Source: Acaryochloridaceae cyanobacterium SU_2_1
GTDB taxonomy: Bacteria > Cyanobacteriota > Cyanobacteriia > Thermosynechococcales > Thermosynechococcaceae
Assembly (NCBI GenBank): GCA_012030735.1
Contig: JAAUUW010000009.1
Span: 18,023-42,022 of the forward strand
Length of the DNA: 24,000 bases
Reading direction: 5' to 3'
Position numbers and translations under genes: made by a program
The notes under the pieces: generated by a model
What the model was told of the DNA's origin: nothing
Databases searched by the model: none
Seen by the model: the letters and a program-made list of their open reading frames with translations, nothing else
Part shown: positions 18,493 to 24,000 of the stretch, in pieces
Numbering within the stretch: the first letter of the stretch is position 1
Layout: the number at the start of each line of letters is the position of its first letter

Positions 18493-19914
18493 ATGGATCA
18501 CTTGCAACCCTGGCATTGGCGATCGCATCCCCTTGCAAACCGGACTGGTGCCGATATTTTTGCAGCATTGTTTCGGCGAAATAACATTGCCACCTTACTA
18601 GAAAGCCCCTATTCACTGGGCCAGCAGACTCGCCATCGCTATTCCCTTTGTGCTGGTCAACCTAGACAAATAAACGGCCAAGTCCAACTATGGACACCCT
18701 CTCGGGGAGAGATCCTACCCTGTTTAGCCCAGCGTTTGCAGCAACCTGTACCAGAGCCGGAGCCAGCGGTGTCCCCCTTGCCCTTTGTGGGCGGCTGGTT
18801 AGGTTGGCTCGGCTACGACTTAGCCTGGGAGATCGAACAACTCCCTTGGCTGCGAGAAGATTCGCTACCCTTTCCCGTCGCCTATTGGTACGAACCAGAA
18901 AACTTTGCGGTGCTAGATCATCACCAGCAATTGCTCTGGCTAGCTACCACCGATCCTCAGCAATTGGACGAGTTAACAGAGCAGCTCAAGCATCCTCAAG
19001 CTCAGCGCTGGTCTTCATGGTCTTCCCTCAGCCCTCAAGGGCTAACCTTCATGACCAATAAGGCAGAGTATGAAGGAATGGTTGAACAGGTTTTGGGCCA
19101 TATTCGCGCTGGCGATATTTTTCAAGCCAACCTATCTACGCGATTTGGGGTAGAAGCAAGCTTAGATCCCTGGTGTTTATACCAGACCCTGCAAGCCATC
19201 AATCCCTCACCCTTTGCTAGCTACTGGCAAACCCCCTGGGGAGCGGTGGTAAGTTGCTCCCCAGAGCGATTGGTACAGTTGAAGGGCCGCCAAGCTCAGA
19301 CTCGACCGATTGCCGGAACGCGATCACGAGGTACCACGCCCACCCTTGATCAAGCCCTCGCCCAAGATCTATTGTCTAATCTCAAGGAACGAGCAGAACA
19401 TACCATGCTGGTTGATCTAGAACGCAATGACCTAGGCCGAGTTTGCCAATGGGGATCAGTGCGGGTGGACGAGTTCTATGTCCTAGAGTTCTACAGCCAT
19501 GTCATGCATTTAGTGAGCAATATTACCGGAACCCTCAAGGCCAAGTGTACGCCCATCGATCTAATTCGATCCCTTTTCCCTGGGGGGACCATTAGTGGCT
19601 GCCCCAAGGTGCGCTGCCTAGAAATCATTGAAGAACTAGAGCCAGTTCGACGTAGTTTATTCTATGGATCCTGCGGCTATTTAGATCAGCGGGGCCATGT
19701 AGATCTCAATATTCTGATTCGCACCTTACTGGTGACCCCCCTTACCCCCACCCTCAAGCTAGGGAAAGATGAGCCAGTACCTGTCCAGATTTGGGGCCAA
19801 GTTGGGGCGGGCATTGTTGCAGATAGCAACCCAGAGCAAGAATGGTTCGAGTCCTTGCAAAAAGCCCAGGCTCAACTGGCAGCCCTGCAACAAATAAATG
19901 CTGGTCTTCCTTAG
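18493..19914 (+). CDS. pabB: Chorismate-utilising enzyme, aminodeoxychorismate synthase / anthranilate synthase component I family.
   Basis: The 473-aa intact ORF has motifs GDIFQANLS, PSPFASY, SPERLV, RPIAGTRSRG, KERAEHTMLVDLERNDLGRV, FPGGTISGCPKVRCLEIIEELE and GAGIVADS. The PIAGT (not PIKGT) motif and the size do not let me separate PabB from TrpE by eye. Confidence 0.6.
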   Translation: MDHLQPWHWRSHPLANRTGADIFAALFRRNNIATLLESPYSLGQQTRHRYSLCAGQPRQINGQVQLWTPSRGEILPCLAQRLQQPVPEPEPAVSPLPFVGGWLGWLGYDLAWEIEQLPWLREDSLPFPVAYWYEPENFAVLDHHQQLLWLATTDPQQLDELTEQLKHPQAQRWSSWSSLSPQGLTFMTNKAEYEGMVEQVLGHIRAGDIFQANLSTRFGVEASLDPWCLYQTLQAINPSPFASYWQTPWGAVVSCSPERLVQLKGRQAQTRPIAGTRSRGTTPTLDQALAQDLLSNLKERAEHTMLVDLERNDLGRVCQWGSVRVDEFYVLEFYSHVMHLVSNITGTLKAKCTPIDLIRSLFPGGTISGCPKVRCLEIIEELEPVRRSLFYGSCGYLDQRGHVDLNILIRTLLVTPLTPTLKLGKDEPVPVQIWGQVGAGIVADSNPEQEWFESLQKAQAQLAALQQINAGLP

Positions 19915-20186
19915 GGTCATACCTTTCCAGCTATAATTGTCCTCGCCTGAAGATCTCTGAGCGTGGATCGATGTCTTTAGGATCTTTTTGCCCACTGCTT
20001 TTCATTTTTGTGTCGAGGCTACTCTTTAAAGTCTTTGATTGAATTGTTTGCTAAGCCGATGATTTCTTCCCTCTCCAAGAGTCCTGTAAGGGATGGAAAT
20101 GATCCCGTCACCCTGCTTTGATCTCCGTTAGGTGTACGATCTACCTTTGACAGCCGATTTCTATGATTTTTGGGTGATGACCAAAT

Positions 20187-20456
20187 ATGCTCACTGAAAA
20201 ATACCTCAATCATCCAACCTTCGGATTGCTGTTTAGTCTATCGATCATTGACGATCAAAGCTCTTTGTACACGACTCTCTATGCCCATCGGTTGTTTTTT
20301 GTGGTCACCGTGTCAGAGACAGGGCTAGAGTTTGCTTCCGTGACTCGTAATGAAGCTAGAATTGTGATGGAAAATCGCTTGCGATTCCTACGTCGATCGG
20401 GTTTACAGCGAGATTTTCAGGCACTCCAGCATGTCCATCAACAGACCTTTCATTGA
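20187..20456 (+). CDS. pipX: PII-interacting protein X (PipX).
   Basis: The 89-aa ORF has YLNHPTFGLL, LYTTLYAHRLFFVV, RNEARIVMENRLRFLRR and a C-terminal QQTF. It has the same length and motif order as S. elongatus PipX. Confidence 0.9.
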   Translation: MLTEKYLNHPTFGLLFSLSIIDDQSSLYTTLYAHRLFFVVTVSETGLEFASVTRNEARIVMENRLRFLRRSGLQRDFQALQHVHQQTFH

Positions 20457-21133
20457 TGACTGATTCTGCCACTGCGATTGGAGAGCGGATTACGCGTATT
20501 CGCCAGGAGTTGCCGAGTCACGTCACCCTCATTGCAGTGTCCAAATCTATGCCCGTTGAGGATATCCGCCAAGCTTATGCAGCCGGAGTCCGCGACTTTG
20601 GTGAAAGTCGGATTCAAGAAGCGATCACTAAACAAGCTAATTTACAAGATTTGTCAGATATTACCTGGCATTTTCTGGGTCATCTGCAAGGCAATAAGGC
20701 AAACGCTGCCCTTGATCGCTTTGACTGGATTCATTCTGTGGATCGCTTAGATCTAGCGCAACGTCTTGATCGGTTGGCAGCAGCGCGATCTCAATCACCG
20801 GCTCTATGCCTACAAGTCAAGCTATGGGATGACCCCAGCAAATTTGGATGGTCGCTGGCTGATCTCACCGCCGATCTACCTGAATTGCTGAGATGTCAAA
20901 GCCTCAACATTCGAGGCTTAATGACCATTTTGCCGATGGGACTAACGGAGCAGCAGTCCTTAGAAGTCTTTCAGCAAACCAAAGAGCTCGCTGGACAGTT
21001 GGAGCAGCAAACTCAAGGGGCTTGGCAATTACCCATACTGTCTATGGGCATGTCAAATGATTATCGCTTAGCAATTCAAGCTGGTGCCACCATGGTGCGT
21101 TTAGGGCGATCTATCTTTGGCGATCTCAACTAG
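20456..21133 (+). CDS. pipY: PLP-binding protein, YggS/PLPBP family (PipY).
   Basis: The ATG at 20456 shares its A with the pipX TGA (TGATG). Motifs are LIAVSKSMPVEDIRQAY (PLP Lys), GVRDFGESRIQE, WHFLGHLQGNK, LSMGMSNDY and GATMVRLGRSIFG. Confidence 0.9.
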   Translation: MTDSATAIGERITRIRQELPSHVTLIAVSKSMPVEDIRQAYAAGVRDFGESRIQEAITKQANLQDLSDITWHFLGHLQGNKANAALDRFDWIHSVDRLDLAQRLDRLAAARSQSPALCLQVKLWDDPSKFGWSLADLTADLPELLRCQSLNIRGLMTILPMGLTEQQSLEVFQQTKELAGQLEQQTQGAWQLPILSMGMSNDYRLAIQAGATMVRLGRSIFGDLN

Positions 21134-21342
21134 AGGTGCTCCTGTGTCAACCAACATCGGCTTGGTTTTCTAGTTTCCCTTCTGGGGCTAGAACCCTCTA
21201 CTGGCATAGAATTACTCCTCATCCATACTTGGATTCTACCTCTTGCTCGCAGCTAGTTTCTGAGGAGCGATCTGTGAAAAATCTGGCTTAAGGAGCATAA
21301 ATTGCTTATTTTAAAGTTTAGTTGCAATTATCTTTGGTATGC

Positions 21343-21369
21343 TTGACAGATGAAATGTTGATGTATAAT
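21343..21369 (+). promoter_or_regulatory. Sigma-70-like promoter candidate (consensus hexamers, short spacer).
   Basis: TTGACA (21343..21348) and TATAAT (21364..21369) are both perfect consensus. They are separated by 15 nt rather than 17. Confidence 0.35.
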
Positions 21370-21394
21370 TCAGTCTTGTTTTCTAGAGCATATT

Positions 21395-21418
21395 TTTGTG
21401 ATAGACAACCATCACAAA
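21395..21418. promoter_or_regulatory. 8-bp-arm palindrome; candidate operator site.
   Basis: TTTGTGAT (21395..21402), then N8, then ATCACAAA (21411..21418). It lies about 25 nt downstream of the TATAAT box. Confidence 0.3.
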
Positions 21419-21455
21419 TAGTTCTTCAGACTGAGAATAATGATCAACCTTGGTA

Positions 21456-21484
21456 TTGACAAAATAGATGAATACCAGTTTGAT
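21456..21484 (+). promoter_or_regulatory. Second promoter candidate upstream of sepF.
   Basis: TTGACA (21456..21461), then 17 nt, then TTTGAT (21479..21484; 4/6 match to TATAAT). The -35 box is flanked by the 6-bp inverted repeat GGTATT/AATACC. Confidence 0.25.
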
Positions 21485-21617
21485 CTTAAAGATTCAATTT
21501 AAGATACATCTTTTGACGATTTTTTTGAGAATAACCACAGATTGAACCATCCTTCGGTCTAGCCTATTTGGTTATCTATGTTCTGAACTCTTCCTACTTT
21601 TAGATGGAGCCTGACTT

Positions 21618-22205
21618 GTGAGTATAATTAGCAGATTAAGAGATTTCGTTGGCATCCCCGAAGCCGATGAATATATCGGTTACGGTGGTGAATACGACGA
21701 GATTCCTCAAGAAGGGTATGCCGATAGCTATGCAACAGACTATCCTGAATCTACGCATTCGTCAGCAGAGCAACCGACCAGTCAATCTGAATTAGAACAG
21801 GGGTCAGCCGTGAATACAAACTCAAACGTTGTTGGTATGCCCGGAACAGGGCGTTTTTGGGGTTCGACTACCGAGGTGTTGGTCATGGAACCAAGAGCCT
21901 TTGACGAAATGCCCCAAGTGATTCAAGCCCTACGCGAACGTAAATCAGTGGTGTTGAATCTCACCATGATGGAGCCAAATCAAGCCCAGCGAGCAGTGGA
22001 TTTCGTTGCTGGTGCCACCTACACCATCGATGGGCACCAAGAGCGGGTTGGCGATAGTATCTTCCTGTTCACACCGAGCTGTGTACAGGTGAGCACATCA
22101 TTGGGCGTGGTTCATGAAGCACCACCTCAGCCGAGTTTTTCTGCTCGTCCATCCACGACCTCGCCTTGGCAAAGTGACATGGCTAACCAAGCCATCGCTC
22201 AATAG
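21618..22205 (+). CDS. sepF: Cell division protein SepF.
   Basis: A GTG start follows GGAG 9 nt upstream. It has an N-terminal amphipathic helix ([12 protein letters not shown]), an acidic low-complexity linker and a conserved C-terminal domain ([67 protein letters not shown]). Confidence 0.9.
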   Translation: MSIISRLRDFVGIPEADEYIGYGGEYDEIPQEGYADSYATDYPESTHSSAEQPTSQSELEQGSAVNTNSNVVGMPGTGRFWGSTTEVLVMEPRAFDEMPQVIQALRERKSVVLNLTMMEPNQAQRAVDFVAGATYTIDGHQERVGDSIFLFTPSCVQVSTSLGVVHEAPPQPSFSARPSTTSPWQSDMANQAIAQ

Positions 22206-22371
22206 TCTAGTTTGCTAAATGGTCTAACCTGACAGTCTTTGCTTTCGGTTCAATACATTCTTGCTTGCAGGCATCCCTCCAGTGGTTTGGATGTCTGCGG
22301 TGCTTTTCAGTCGGCTTAGCCAAGGGAAAGTCCTGTTTCTGCGCTCTTGTGATTAGCGTTAGGGTTTGTTT

Positions 22372-23190
22372 ATGCAAGACTCTCCGGATCAACTTGGCAT
22401 CATCGGTGGTGGCGTTATGGCAGAGTCCATTTTGTCGCGACTACTCTCTCAAGGACTCTACCGTTCAGATCAGATTCTAGTCAGTGATGTATCTGCTGAG
22501 CGCCTTCAGTATTTAGCCGACCATTATCAGGTTCGAGGAGTAGCTGATAACCCTCTGGTGGCGATCTCCTCCTCAATATTAATTTTAGCGATCAAGCCGC
22601 AGGTCTTTGATCAAGTAGCGGCTCAACTTCGGGCGACTACCCATGCCTTTCCCTTGGTGATTTCGATCTTGGCAGGGGTTTCCTTGGCGAGGTTAGAGAC
22701 GGCGTTTGGAGATACTCCCCTGGTGCGGGTGATGCCGAATACGCCAGCCCAGGTGGGAGCGGCCATGACTGCGATCGCCTTAGGCAAGCAGGCCAAGGTG
22801 CATCACCAAGAACAGGTGCAGCAATTATTTACAGCGATTGGGGAAGTGGTGACTGTACCAGAATCGCTAATGGATGCCGTGACGGGTTTGTCTGGCTCGG
22901 GACCCGCCTTTGTGGCTATGGTTCTAGAGGCCTTAGCGGATGGTGGGGTGGCAGTGGGCTTGCCTCGGTCGATGGCGGCTCAACTTGCCTTGCAAACCCT
23001 GTTGGGCACTGCCCTTTTGGTGCGGGAGACGGGGATTCATCCTGCCCAACTCAAGGATCAAGTCACCAGTCCTGGAGGGACAACCATCGCCGGGGTGGCG
23101 GCCTTAGAAAAAGCGGGTCTGCGTGGAGCGCTGATGGATGCTGTGCAAGCGGCCTATCAGCGCTCGCAACAATTGGGGGCTGATCGATGA
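22372..23190 (+). CDS. proC: Pyrroline-5-carboxylate reductase.
   Basis: It has the Rossmann motif GIIGGGVMAESI, then LAIKPQV, RVMPNTPAQVG, SGSGPAF and VTSPGGTTIAG. The ATG at 22372 is preferred over the TTG at 22366. Confidence 0.93.
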   Translation: MQDSPDQLGIIGGGVMAESILSRLLSQGLYRSDQILVSDVSAERLQYLADHYQVRGVADNPLVAISSSILILAIKPQVFDQVAAQLRATTHAFPLVISILAGVSLARLETAFGDTPLVRVMPNTPAQVGAAMTAIALGKQAKVHHQEQVQQLFTAIGEVVTVPESLMDAVTGLSGSGPAFVAMVLEALADGGVAVGLPRSMAAQLALQTLLGTALLVRETGIHPAQLKDQVTSPGGTTIAGVAALEKAGLRGALMDAVQAAYQRSQQLGADR

Positions 23191-23251
23191 TCGATTGGCA
23201 GAGGGTCAAATTTTTATCGGGTTGAGTTCTGCAAGATGGAAAGGTCTGGCT

Positions 23252-23590
23252 ATGGGTATTTGGGTTAATTGGCTCCCGCAGGCTAGGCAGATCGGGTTGA
23301 GGGGGGCGATCTTATTACCCCTCTTCTTGTTCGGGTGCTTATTGACCCCTTTAAGGGCAGAAGCCTTTTCTTGTTTGGCGTTGCAGGGGCATCAGATTTG
23401 TGTGACCACCTTAAATCGAAGTGCCAAAAACTATTGGGAATATCGAGTCACGCTAGAAATTGATGGTGTGCAGCAAGCCCAGGAGGTTTATAACTGCCGC
23501 GATCACCTTCGTATTCAAGCCGATGGCAAAATAAGAGACTTCAGCGATCAAGACCCCCATCTGTTGGTCTGTCGATTGTATAAGCCCTGA
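23252..23590 (+). CDS. Small secreted or periplasmic hypothetical protein.
   Basis: The ATG at 23252 lies inside ORF 23138..23590. It has a signal-peptide-like N-terminus (GAILLPLFLFGCLLTPLRAEA|F) and a roughly 75-aa mature part with 4 Cys. No family is recognised. Confidence 0.5.
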   Translation: MGIWVNWLPQARQIGLRGAILLPLFLFGCLLTPLRAEAFSCLALQGHQICVTTLNRSAKNYWEYRVTLEIDGVQQAQEVYNCRDHLRIQADGKIRDFSDQDPHLLVCRLYKP

Positions 23591-23622
23591 GGAATGAAAG
23601 GATCGGCCCTCAGAGTGAACCG

Positions 23623-24000
23623 TTAGGGAATTTCATAAAAAGTCAGACAAACGCCTTCTGGATCAATCACCACAAACTCCTTAGGACCCCAAGGCTTTAA
23701 GGCCAGATGCCCCTCTGGATGAATAATACTAGGGTCTTTGTTGCAATATTCAGCATAGAGTTGGTCAATCTGGTGAACTTGAATGCGGAGGCTGAGTTGA
23801 TTGGATAGGGGCTGATAATCTTGCTGGCAGAGGTAGAGTTGAGCCTGATCGCGCTGGACAATGGCAAGTCGGAGGGGATTGCCTTCGCGGTGCAGGGTTT
23901 GAAAACCCAAGCGCTGTTCATAGAATGCGATCGCAACCGCGAGATCTTTCCCTCCAGGAATCAGAGGACTGATATTACCTAGCTGGGCAGGCGCACTCAT
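23623..24000 (-). CDS. VOC-family protein (glyoxalase / bleomycin-resistance-like).
   Basis: The 125-aa ORF is complete, with its ATG at 24000. It has the beta-alpha-beta-beta-beta pattern AIAFYEQRLGFQ ... PWGPKEFVVIDPEGVCLTFYE, typical of bleomycin-resistance-type VOC proteins. Confidence 0.75.
   Translation of the reverse strand: MSAPAQLGNISPLIPGGKDLAVAIAFYEQRLGFQTLHREGNPLRLAIVQRDQAQLYLCQQDYQPLSNQLSLRIQVHQIDQLYAEYCNKDPSIIHPEGHLALKPWGPKEFVVIDPEGVCLTFYEIP

Noticed and set aside
19915-20186. ORFs 19759..19995 (-), 19842..20042 (+) and 20019..20213 (-), and a TTGACA at about 20145, considered as genes or as a pipX promoter.
   Set aside because: The ORFs are short, mutually overlapping and compositionally odd. 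The TTGACA has no acceptable -10 hexamer at 16-18 nt. I treat the region as plain intergenic.
21395-21418. TGTGA...TCACA read as a CRP/cAMP-receptor binding site.
   Set aside because: The half-sites are separated by 10 nt, not the canonical 6. I keep it only as a generic palindrome or operator candidate.
1-24000. A search for CRISPR arrays, transposases, integrases, phage genes, toxin-antitoxin pairs or known defence-system genes.
   Set aside because: No spaced direct repeats were seen, and no DDE, tyrosine or serine recombinase motifs. No terminal inverted repeats flank any block. HIP1 density and composition are uniform apart from the 21.3-21.6 kb AT-rich spacer, so nothing suggests a mobile or horizontally acquired island.

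Overview
The window reads as ordinary cyanobacterial chromosome. The palindrome GCGATCGC (HIP1) occurs 13 times, and no rRNA, tRNA, CRISPR array, transposase or integrase is visible. I support about 21 genes. Core-function genes are bciB (8-vinyl reductase), a small membrane protein, ruvA, spp (sucrose-phosphate phosphatase), an MFS transporter, leuC, rluE, ecfT, a PabB/TrpE-family enzyme, the conserved block pipX-pipY-sepF-proC, a small secreted protein and a VOC/glyoxalase protein. Signalling and accessory genes are a 4-Cys zinc-ribbon Ser/Thr kinase with a membrane anchor, an adjacent pair made of a zinc-ribbon/kinase-like/PP2C phosphatase and an FHA/4-Cys/Ser-Thr kinase, a tubby/LOR-like protein, a STAND-type winged-helix plus helical-repeat protein with no NTPase module, and an unknown protein at the 5' end. 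The main second-look items are listed here. (1) About 12 single-base frame breaks, nearly all at homopolymer runs, fall in seven genes that are mostly signalling or accessory, while about 11 kb of metabolic and cell-cycle CDS is intact. (2) The PP2C and FHA-kinase pair is the best candidate for an uncharacterised module. (3) A perfect 23-bp inverted repeat sits where rluE lacks a stop codon and runs in frame into the next gene. (4) The STAND protein lacks its NTPase. (5) A roughly 480-bp AT-rich spacer with promoter-like boxes and a palindrome lies between pipY and sepF. All family calls come from reading the translations by eye; no searches were run.
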